NCBI GenBank assembly: GCA_012295275.1
Contig: CM022670.1
Span: 36,084,001 to 36,148,000, forward strand
Direction of reading: 5' to 3'
DNA from: Chrysomallon squamiferum
Taxonomy: Eukaryota; Animalia; Mollusca
Length of the DNA stretch: 64,000 bases
The translations under genes and the position numbers were made by a program. A model generated the notes under the pieces. It worked only from the letters and a program-made list of their open reading frames with translations. It was not told the origin of the DNA and made no database searches. Shown here one piece after another: positions 41,701 to 51,972 of the stretch (positions within the stretch are counted from its first letter, which is position 1; each line of letters opens with the position of its first letter).

Positions 41701-44658
41701 TGAATATAATATACAAATAAAACAATACTGATGGCATACGTTTCAGTTAATAAAAAAGGAAACTTTTATTTTTCCTCTTTATTAATATTTTATTTGTTTA
41801 AATTTTCGAAAAATTTAACCAGATTAATAATCCTAAAATTAATTCAAACAATGCATTTAATGTTTCAACAAACAAGAGTTAATCCATATTACATAATTTA
41901 ATATGTTACTTCAAAGATGTCTTAAAAACTGGTTCAGTATTTCCCAGTGTACCAAATTTATGTCCATAGGCATAAATATTAATCAAGAAAAAATTCACTT
42001 CTTAGCAACCACCTTTTGTAGTTTCTGAATGTCATTGAATTCTGCCGCAAATCGAAAATGTGTTACTGAAACTATAAGTACTGGATATCTGCAACAGTTT
42101 TATTTAAATCTAAATTCTTTTTTTTTTTTTTTTCATTACACATTTTCAAAGCTTTTCTTCCAAAAAGTTCAAAAAGTATTACTTTACATTTAAATACACA
42201 CACACGTGACACAGATACATATGATTATTTCTAAAATGTTTCTGGCAAATTAAAATAAAATGCAATAATTCATTTAGCCAAACTGAATTGTTGTAAAAAA
42301 TAATTAATAATAATAAAATTCTTTAGTAGTAATTTCTTTTTTTTTTTTTACTAAATTTTTGAGATAAATTTTTTCATTTATATATATATATATAATTTTT
42401 TATTAACAGCAGAAATGCTCAATTTTGTCATTAAAAAATGTCACTTATAATAGTTTATATGTTAATGTCTTACATATATTTATTTTCTGTTACTGCATTA
42501 GTCTATGTTCATTGTGTGTATGTGTGTGTATAAATATATATGTAGGTGAGTGTGTATGTTATGATTCAATGTGTATTTGTTATGATTAAATATGCGAGTG
42601 TGTGTTTGTGTCTGTGTTTGTATGTGTGTGTGTATTTTTATGAATGAAGTAATGTTCTCAAAATACAAAACATGGTGGTTGTGGTCAATTACTTAGTATT
42701 TTATTAAATAATTATTTTAAATAAAAAAACAACAATAAAGTTACGATAGGAATGTGTTTTGCATGAACATAAAAATATTGGTATTAGTATTGTTATGTTT
42801 CTTAATAAAATATGAAGAAATAATTACATAAAATTTTACAAACTGAAACCAAAAACAAAATTATGAGTTCTATTGATAAAAAATATATACCAAAAAAAAT
42901 AAAATAAAATAAAAACAAAAACAGAAAAAAACCCCAAACAAAACAGTAAACCAAAACAACACTGTAATAAATATTTATGCATACATACAAGTTTATTAAT
43001 TATTCGTGATTTAATATAAAAGGAACACTGAAATTAAACTGATATTATACAAAAGAATTTTTTTTATTTTTAATATATACTGATGCAAATCTTTTTTTTT
43101 TTATGAAGATTCAGTTTGCCAACAGATAACAAACACTTTAAATTTGCACATGTAAAACAACATGCTGATTTACTTTCCAGAATGAGTGTATTTTAAATAA
43201 TCAAACATTTTTTAAAAACAATATTTAGTTCACTTAAGTCTTATATAACTGTTATGTTGAGCTATTAAATTACAACCTTCTGATGATATCTGACCGCTTT
43301 ATTATGTATCACCATATTTACTGATATCACCAGTATAACATATCTCATAAATTTATCTGTTCCCTTAATCTCAACTATCCAGTCAAACAACAAACAAGTA
43401 CAAATGTATTTTTGTTATTTCTCTACCAATAATACCCTTACAGTGTACCAAAAAATATTTGATTAACAAACTATATTAGTTAATCATGTATATGAAAATA
43501 TATTATTTGCAAAAGTTGATTAAAAAACAAATACTGGTAGAAATGAATTATACTTTCAAATTTAAGCATTATTTACAATATATTTAAAACTAATTTTTTC
43601 TTTTTTTTTTTTAGTTTCATTGATCTATTCATATTTATATATGTACACATGCACTAACACATAATTTTATTTAAATATGTAAGAAGAAAATTATGCTTAC
43701 TTCTAAAGGAATACCACTGATATCTCCAACTATATATGTTAGATGTTGGTCTGTTTGAATAAAAGCTGAAATGGAAAAAACATTAACATGAGTTACTGAA
43801 CTAAAGTTGATACTAGCCATGTAAAATCCTTGGTTAACAGACTGTAAGAAAATTAACATGAACTGTCACTGTACAAGACTTACTCTTAACTGAATTACAT
43901 TGACCTATTTTCTTAATTTTAATTTTTTGTTTTCAAATATAAATTGCTTTTAATATTTATATCTCATTAAAATTATTTGAATATTATTTCTGAAATATGG
44001 CTTAAATTTTCAACAATTAGCATTTTATTTCCAAATTTATTAATGTTAAAAGCAGTTCTACAATGCCACATTAATCCATATTATGAAATTAAAGAAATCT
44101 TAAATATAACAAGCAGTAGACTGATAATCTTAATGTTTATGCTAATAGGTAATGTGATGTAAGATGTTTTAATTGTTGTTAGTAAACGTGTGTCATCTGG
44201 TCCAACAACTGTATTTAGAGCAAGTGTTACAATAATTTGCAATAAACAGAAAAACAATGTATTTCCTGGTTCATAAAAATGTTTCAAAACGACGGTTTGA
44301 AACGGATATATAAACAATATTTGCATAATACTATTACCCAAATCTCCTATAATTATGAAAATATTGTACATATCATCTTTTAGGTAGCTGTATGTGTACT
44401 AATTTAGGTTACGGTAGTGAAGCATAAGTAACCAATGACAGATTCTATTTGTAAACACACAAAAAGGGGATGCATAGTAATGATCATAATGCACAAATTT
44501 CTGTGCCTTTTACTGATCTGTTTTGATTCCTTACCTTGACTGTGACTTTCAACTGCATCAACATGTGAAGAAAATGTTTGTAATGTTTGTAAAATAAGTA
44601 AAAAATGTAAAAAGTCTAGCACTCTTTCTGTAGAGTAAACATCCAACAACCGCGCCAT
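12828..44658 (-). CDS. TMEM131: TMEM131, about 38 exons, about 1,890 aa. Exons: 44535-44658, 43701-43765, (exon 3 uncertain, candidate 39856-39902), 36463-36531, 36054-36177, 33266-33379, 32913-33035, 32516-32596, 31826-31976, 30734-30852, 30257-30365, 29716-29821, 29000-29150, 28574-28744, 27826-27936, 27527-27649, 26793-26897, 26344-26430, 25920-26072, 25460-25535, 24881-24998, 24467-24602, 23885-23994, 23503-23581, 22885-23042, 22421-22560, 21994-22189 (or 22195), 20669-21755, 20201-20418, 19586-19698, 16944-17042, 15598-15861, 15193-15292, 14744-14850, 14180-14323, 13864-13985, 13362-13517, 12828-12947
   Basis: Exon translations contain hallmark TMEM131 motifs: PSMLDFQEQPVGMP, PGGNTTFDVVFLARQVGNVENTLYI, GIPNPYRLRPYLGARVPLNSSF, GDLHLELPTG, IYFDP...CYVGLP, ENPGDVPV, CEGYGFK, FTPDFT, LPRPNWE plus a TM helix with AYFEA, SLELPY, DKDSPPPTWD and SSSYSSIV. 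Splice phases are consistent throughout except for the unresolved small exon 3. Confidence 0.95.
32661..32718. repeat. (TAAA)n microsatellite
   Basis: Directly visible tetranucleotide run. Confidence 0.9.
34657..34822. repeat. Two-copy tandem duplication, unit about 81 bp, TMEM131 intron
   Basis: ATTAATTGTATGG..TGAACAGGAGCCACAATAA...TTTTATGTCTGTTTTCCATGAATAA is present twice. Confidence 0.85.
37502..37613. repeat. Two-copy tandem duplication, unit about 55 bp, TMEM131 intron
   Basis: AAAGTTACTATTACTATAAAATAT(T/A)AGTTTGTTATCATGTAATCCTATAAAGATAA is present twice. Confidence 0.85.
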
Positions 44659-44659
44659 G

Positions 44660-44980
44660 CTGCTAAGTCAGGTCAGTGTTGTCAGTTCAGACATGAAAAA
44701 GAAATTTGTAAATTTTTACAACGATAAATAAAATAAGAATATGTATTGAAATCAGTGATAGAGGATACTCTACAAAATCCTTTATTTATATATTTTTGTT
44801 CATTGGTAATTGAAGAATATTTTATTCGAAACTAACGCAATTGATTAAATTACAGCTAGCTCGTTTTGGCAGGTGCGAGTCGTGCTGTCATTGGCTGTTC
44901 ACTTGGTAACTTCCATCGAGTCATTTCCGGGTTATTAATATTTGCCATGTCAGAGTTACTAATAGTAATGCATACGCTGT
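44660..44980. promoter_or_regulatory. Probable bidirectional promoter between TMEM131 (minus) and ELMOD (plus)
   Basis: The two ATGs are head-to-head at 44658 and 45532. A CpG-containing patch at ~44825-44935 has a reverse CCAAT (ATTGG at ~44890) and ETS-like TTTCCGG (~44924). The ELMOD ATG directly follows a splice acceptor, implying an upstream exon here. Confidence 0.6.
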
Positions 44981-45531
44981 ATGTACTGCTAAATATAATA
45001 TAGTGAATAATCATGTTCGTTTGAAAGTGTGATGTCAGATTTATATATTTATTTAAAAAAAAAAAAAAAAAAAAACTTAGTTAAGAATATAGTTATAAAA
45101 CACGACAGAGGCTTCATAATCTTAAGTTAATGTAACTGTTGAATTTTTCACTAAAGCCATTTAATGATTTACTAATTTAAGGTGGTGCATTATGACCGTT
45201 GATTATTTATGAGTAGAAACATACCACTTTTGCCCTGAGAAAAGAAACAAATTAATATGAAAACATATTTATACAATTGAATGATTATCGTTTTTTATTA
45301 TGTAACAACATCATTTATATTTTTTCTAGAGTAAAAGTAATAATCTGTAATTTATTTAATTATTAATTTAATACTTTCGTGTTTATTTTATTTTATTATA
45401 CATTTATTACCCAATTTACAAAATAACAAGTACTGTATATTGTTTAATTAAGCATAACTGTGTTTCTTTAACTTTATTTCCATTTCAGAATAAACATATG
45501 AATATAGTTTAGTCTTGAAAAAGATTTTCAG

Positions 45532-48500
45532 ATGTTAACAGAACTTGTTCTCTACATTTGCAACTATCTGTACATGCAGTTTTTGAGGCCTATGTACAAA
45601 AAAATACTAAGAAAATGGACAGGACAACCAGAGCTTCTCCGAATTACATATTCAGAAAAGCCAGGAGCTGCAAGAACAAGGAAAATAGGTATTCTTTTCT
45701 ATCATTTCTCCATTAACATAATTTCAGAGTAAACAATGATTATAAAATATTTAATTTAAAAAAAAAAAAAATAGTTCAGATCTTTACTTCTGTTAACAAT
45801 ACAATCAAAATGATATCCATTTTCAATACTCTTCATTTCATAAAATTTAGGACACATTAAAGAAAATGATTTTAACAACAAAATATTAAAATGCTTGGTA
45901 TGCTAATGTAGCTTTTTAAAAATAATTAATTTAAATAAAAATATTTTTTATAATTTTTCAGAAAAAAGTCTGAAGTGGTCATTTCAGCCACTTCTGAAAC
46001 ATTTATATAATGATGAAGATATCGATGTGTCTGAAGTGGTCACACAAGTTATTGAGTTAAAAGAAATACTGCCAGAAATTCATCCACTGTATGTTTCTTA
46101 TTATTCTAAAAAGATGTTATGATAAGAAATAATTCAATTTCTTTCCTTTTTTTTTTTTTAATACATTATATATTTACACTTGTTTATTAAGATTGTTGTT
46201 TTCTTCCACTAAGAAACAGTTATGACTATATTTTTATATGTTAAATCTGTTGTAGCAATAGCTAATATGTTTATTTTTATTACCGTCTAGTCTTCCAAAC
46301 CTTATATTGATGAATGTTTCAAATAAGGATACATGTTGTAGCACTTTATAGCTAAGGTGGAAGTAATGTATTTTGGTCAGATGACTATATACAATTTTTT
46401 AAAATAAATTTTCTGTTTGCAACAATATATAAATACTAAGTTACCCAATATAAATAAACTTAATCTCAAGTAATTTCACTTTGATACTGAATATACAGAA
46501 TAAAGAGGCTCCATCTGTTAATTTATTCCAATGTTAACTACATAATAAGTGGTCTTAGTAACCTAATAGTAACTCTTGCAGCCTAATTGCTTATCTAGCT
46601 TTGATTTGTTTAGACTTCTCTTTTTAAAATCAGTTTTGCAGGTGCACTGAGTGTCTGTATCTGCCAAATATGTGGATATAAAAAATTGGTTGCTAAAGTT
46701 GAAGCTGTTAGACAAGAAAAGTTTGACTCCGATAATGATGAACATGAAGAAAAACTTCTGACTGTAGGTAGAGGTTGAGAATGTGTTAAGAAATGTATAT
46801 GTTTATCAAACAGATTATGATAAACTGAATTATTAGTCAAGATATTTGAGAGGATAATAAAAATAGTTGTGAAACTGTTTCTTTAATTTTTCCTATTCCA
46901 GTCAATGATCCACAACCTGTTTAACATAAGTGCTTTATCTTTGTGAAAAGCAGTATATAGAAGATACTTTACTGATAATTAAAAAGTAGTCTACAGATTA
47001 TACATTTTTACTAAAAATGTTGAACAATTTATTCCAAATGAATTTTGATATTCAGCTTAGATACACTGGATATTGATAGCTAATATTTAAATTTCAACAG
47101 CTTTGGAATCTGATGCAGCCTGACACACCACTGGAACAGCGAATTTGGAAGAAATGGACAGAAATTGGGTTTCAAGGAAATGACCCTCGAACAGATTTTA
47201 GAGGAATGGGCATTTTGGGCCTGGATCAGTTAATGTACATACTGTTTATTTATTAATATTTTATAAATTAACAAATGAGAATAATTATTGTTGGAAATGC
47301 TTTGAAATTTAAAAACAGTAATATTGTTAGGAGTCATAAAACATCTAAAGTTTGAAAAATAAACTTGTAATACATTAATCAGATTGATCTTTGATATCCA
47401 TAATAATTATAGTGGCATGCTTATGAAATATTTGTGTGCATATGTTTGGGGGTTTAATTTATTTGCTTGGTGATTTTTATTAATTTTTCTTTGTACAGTG
47501 CATGGATAAAACATATATTTTAGAGTTAAAGTGTTGACACAAAAACAGATGTTAGATTAAAAATCAGAATCATTGTAATAAATGTTGAAATTTATAATGT
47601 TTTTCTGTTACACTGAGTGGCACATATAATTGGTATTTCAGATATATTGCTAAAGTTTATCCTGACAGAGCCAAACAGTTGTTAAATAAGTCATATCATC
47701 CTAAATATGGGTGAGTATTATTATTTCATCAATGTTAATTTATCTTGGTTGCTTGTGTTAACTGTTTAAAGTATTTGAGATAAACATAACAACAGCATTT
47801 CTTTAAAAAATTTATATAATTTGTAACAAAAATATAGTAGATTTATTACTCTTTATTTTTTTTTTTTTTATTTTTACTTATGATATCCATTTAAAATGTA
47901 TTTTCTTAATAAATGTTAAATTTATAAAATATATGGTAGCAGTTAAAAACATTTCTTAACTAATATTTACACATTTCAATATCTTAAGTAGAAATATTTC
48001 ATTCCATTATTGAAAATTTTATTTTATAAATATGAAAACTTTTTTTATTATTTTTATTTTATCCGACCATTAAATGTGCTTTCAGTTTTTCATATGCAGT
48101 TGTTGGCATCAACATCACTGGAATGTGTTACACTTTACTCAAATCTAAACGACTTAGAGGTCACTTTTATAATCTGAGACCAGACACACCAACATTAACT
48201 GACTTTCATGAAGTGTATTGTAAGTGGGGTTTTTTCTTGGTTTTTTTATATATATATTTTTTTATATATATATATATATGTATATATATATAATTATTAC
48301 TTCTACATATTATAATTGTTGTTTTGAATGTTTGAACAGCTTTTAAACAGACCACAAGACAATAATTATTTTATTTTTTATTACTCCCATTTGTTAATTG
48401 ACATTTATTTTTTTATTTTTGCTGTTGTTGTTATTGCTGCTACTGTTGTTCTTTACATTTATTAATACTTTTGTGTTTTTCAGGTTATATTTTTGTGGAC

Positions 48501-48671
48501 TTCATTAATTTCTGGTTTGAAAAAAAACCTAAAGATATTATGGAATTTGGACGACTGAGGGACAAATACCAAAAAAACATGGTCACAAAATTAAAGAATC
48601 GTTCAACATTACTTGTGGCCGACTTTCCAAAAAAACGAGATATAAAACTAAATCATTTCCATTTTTCCTGA
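45532..48671 (+). CDS. ELMOD2: ELMO domain-containing protein (ELMOD1/2-like Arf/Arl GAP), 7 exons: 45532-45688, 45962-46088, 46634-46763, 47101-47234, 47642-47710, 48086-48219, 48484-48671 (312 aa)
   Basis: In-frame GT-AG exons give WTGQPELLRI, QICGYKKL, FDSDNDEHEEKLLTLW, the ELMO GAP signature WTEIGFQGNDPRTDFRGMGILGL, HPKYGFSYAVVGINIT and FWFEKKPKDIMEF. Confidence 0.93.
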
Positions 48672-48934
48672 AGTATCAGTTCTGGTTAAATTAATTGCAT
48701 ATAATGATTTTCGTCTCAAATCAAAACATCAACACATGAGCCAAGAAGTTTATGGATTTTCTAAAAACAATTTTACATGTACATATGGATGTATATGTAA
48801 GTAATGTTCATATATTACTATGTTATTTAGGTCTGCATAAACTGAAATTTAATGCAGCTCTTTATTCATCAAAGTAAATGAAGAAATAAAATTATTTTTA
48901 ACTTTTTGATTGATTGTTTTATGTTTAATTGAAG

Positions 48935-50500
48935 CAGTGATTCTCAAACTTTATGAAGTCGGGGCACACTTGACACCTTACAAAAAATTGCAGCACAAAA
49001 TGCTAACAAATATAATGCAAAATGTAAAAAATACAGAAATAACTGAAAGAAGGATACTGCGGCTGAATCGGTTGCAGTGCAGGCTGCTGAGGTTGTCTAC
49101 CATTGTGTACATCTATGTCAGATTCTTCATTATTTCGCATATAAACCGTGATCTACTTATAGACACTGCCCTTGTATGAGAGATGTTCACCGACACATTT
49201 AGAATTAACACCCTTGTAAGAGATGTTCACTGATGTATTTAGAATTACCGCCCTTGTGTGAGCAATGTTCATTGATACAGTTACCACCCTTGTGTGAGCA
49301 ATGTTCACTGATATATTTAGTTACCGCCCTTGCGTGAGCAGTTCATCGATACATTTAGTTACCACCCTTGTGTGAGCAATGTTCACTGATATATTTAGTT
49401 ATATCATTGTGTGAGTGATGTTCAGATATATTTAGAGTTACCGCCCTTGTGTGAGCAATGTTCATTGATACATTTAGAGTTACCACCCTTTTGTGTGAGC
49501 AATGTTCATGGATATATTTAGTTCTCCCTTGTGAGAGATGTTCACTGATACATTTAGTTACTGCCCTTGTGTGAGCAATGTTCACTGATATATTTAGTTA
49601 TATCATTGTGTGACTGATGTTCAGATATATTTAGAGTTACCACTCTTGTGTGAGCAATGTTCATTGATACATTTAGAGTTACCACCCTTTTGCGTGAGCA
49701 ATGTTCATGGATATATTTAATCTCCCTTGTGAGAGATGTTCACTGATACATTTAGAGTTACTGCCCTTGTGTGAGAGATGTTTACTGATACATTCAGTTA
49801 CCGGCCTTGTGTGAGTCATGTTCACTGATATAGAGTTACCACTCTTGTGTGAGTGATGTTCATTGATACATTTAGAGTTACCACCCTTTTGAGCTATGTT
49901 CACTGATATATTTAGAGTTACTGCCCTTGTGTGAGAGATGTTCACGGATACATTTAGAGTTACTGCCCTTGTGTGAGTATATAACCTTTATTCATCATCT
50001 ATTTTGTGCTGATGAGAAGTATGAGCCTGACATATCTTGGCAATTTCTTCAAAAATATTGTAAGATGAAATACAAAGCAATGAACTGTTAAAATGTCAAA
50101 AAACTGTACAAAGGTTATATTTCTAATGTGCATTGTGCAGTGAGGGAAAACTTTTATCAACTGTTTGCTTTTAACAAATGTAACGCTATAATAGGCTAAA
50201 ATTCCATAAAGTATTAAAGTTTTAGATGGGTAGTGACTGTGACAGTGATAGGAATATGTGTCACAAGAACAATTTTGGCTATTTATCACTCTTGCGCACC
50301 CTATCACTGATACTGTCACTGGTAAACTACTGCGCAGCCTTGAGCAGCCGTGCTTGCTCATCAGCCAAAACCCGTTTTGAACGAGTTTAAATGTATAAAT
50401 CTTCTTCCAGGCAACCGCCTATTTCTTACTGGGTATCTTTCATCACAAATATCCACCTAGATCCTAGAATTTTGTGGGGCACACCCTTTGAGAACCACTA
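48935..50500. mobile_element. Non-autonomous hAT (Charlie-like) DNA transposon, 1,566 bp, just downstream of the ELMOD stop codon
   Basis: Left end CAGTGATTCTCAAA; right end TTTGAGAACCACTA (reverse complement TAGTGGTTCTCAAA). Perfect 8-bp target-site duplication AATTGAAG at 48927-48934 and 50501-50508. GGGGCACAC appears near both ends. No transposase ORF. Confidence 0.92.
49165..49978. repeat. Minisatellite of about 20 copies of a ~37-42-bp unit (consensus GTTACCRCCCTTGTGTGAGCAATGTTCACTGATAYATTTAGA) inside the hAT element
   Basis: Directly visible head-to-tail repeats with no unique spacers. A variant unit ATATCATTGTG recurs at 49401 and 49600, a 199-bp period. Confidence 0.95.
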
Positions 50501-51683
50501 AATTGAAGGTTACTCTGGACCTATTATTTTTGGATCATATCCAAATTTAAAAAAAAAAATACTCTCTTTTCAAATGCCTTATTCAGTTTACAAGTACAGG
50601 AAAAGTAAAAATTATACATCAGTTTTCTAAATTTATAAAAAAAAAAAAAAAAAATTGAAATTTATGTTGAAATTCTACAAAATCATATTTCAAAGTGAAT
50701 AAATTTCTTTAATAGATAATTATGAATTTCAGATTATTTTAAGTATTTCTGCTTTTAATGAACAAATATTTTGACCAACATAACAAACTTATAATGGGTG
50801 TATTTTCCTTCTGTTTCTGTTGCTGCTTATTTGAATTTGTTTATACCTTGTCAAACTGTCACAATTAGAAAGCACTGGCTGTTATTTCCAGTATTATTTC
50901 TCTAATGTATTCTGTAATGATATTTCAGTAACATTTATACAGCTTAAGTACCTTTTGTATTTTTCAATGTTATGGCTTTATTTGCTAATGATCACTTTTT
51001 GCAAATATTAACATATAACAATAAATCACTTTCAAAAATATCTGAAAACAGACATTTTTCCTTTCTTTTTATACAGTAAAATTTTAAAATAATAATAATA
51101 ATAAAATAAATGAAAAACACTGACTTTTTTTTATTGATATTCTATAGGGAATGTATTTACAAACTGACATAACGTAAAAGGGAAAATGCATTCTCCTGAT
51201 CTTGTTATTGTATGGGTTATACATTATAATTAACAAAAACTGGATGTAGTACAAATAAAACTATCATGAAAGAAAAGATTTAGACTGGTTTATATTAATA
51301 AACATATACTAGATCAAAAGAAAAATTTAGCAGACTCAAAAGTATGATAAAAGTGCCACTACTATAATAAAACTGAAATATGTTAATAACCGAAAATGTG
51401 GTATATGATTACAGTGTTGAGAATTTGATTCTTGATTTTTGATTTAATTTTGAGATGTTTTAGATGTTATTCATTGTGTCAGCCTGTTTGGAAAATGTAT
51501 GTTATATTTTTGCTTTAACAATACACTCTGTATACATTTAATTAGCCAAATAAATGGGATTCAATAACAAAATAACATAATGTAGGATAAGTAGCTACTA
51601 TTTCATATTTAGTTTTCAAAAACAAATTAAATAATAATCCATCTAAAACTAATAAAACTTTAAAAAATAAATCAGTTTGATTG

Positions 51684-51712
51684 ATCATCATCATCATCAT
51701 AATAATAATAAA

Positions 51713-51757
<45 letters not shown>
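51684..51757. repeat. Compound (CAT)n, (AAT)n, (TAT)n microsatellite upstream of the zinc-finger gene
   Basis: Directly visible. The adjacent (AAT)n and (ATT)n tracts are mutually inverted. Confidence 0.85.
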
Positions 51758-51829
51758 TGGGTTGATTGATTATTATTTAACTGATTATTATGTAGTAATT
51801 TTATAATACTATCTTCGACAAGTGAAATC

Positions 51830-51972
51830 CAAAAGCGTCCGATAATGTCTCCGGAGTTACTCCCCTTACAAATTCTTTTATTGCGGAAATTGTTTTATTT
51901 GCCAAGATGGAGAAATTTTGTTTTGTTGGTGGAACGTTTAACTATAATTAATATCCAAGTGTAATTTAAAAT
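51830..51972 (+). promoter_or_regulatory. Probable promoter and 5' leader of the zinc-finger gene
   Basis: CpG-containing patch with ETS-like GCGGAAAT (~51883) and YY1-like CAAGATGG (~51903) just upstream of the ORF. Confidence 0.45.

Noticed and set aside
46563-46840. Minus-strand ORFs inside ELMOD
   Set aside because: They are antisense to ELMOD exon 46634-46763 and show no independent protein features.
49355-49945. Repetitive ORFs (MNIAHTRAVT...) on the minus strand
   Set aside because: They are translations of the minisatellite. Unit lengths vary and shift the frame.
49165-49978. CRISPR-like array of ~39-bp repeats with an internal palindrome
   Set aside because: Units are head-to-tail with no unique spacers, there are no cas genes, the context is eukaryotic, and the array lies inside a hAT element.
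48910-50361. Possible transposase remnants (ORFs 48910-49179 and 49999-50361)
   Set aside because: I recognise no hAT BED-finger, catalytic or dimerisation motif.
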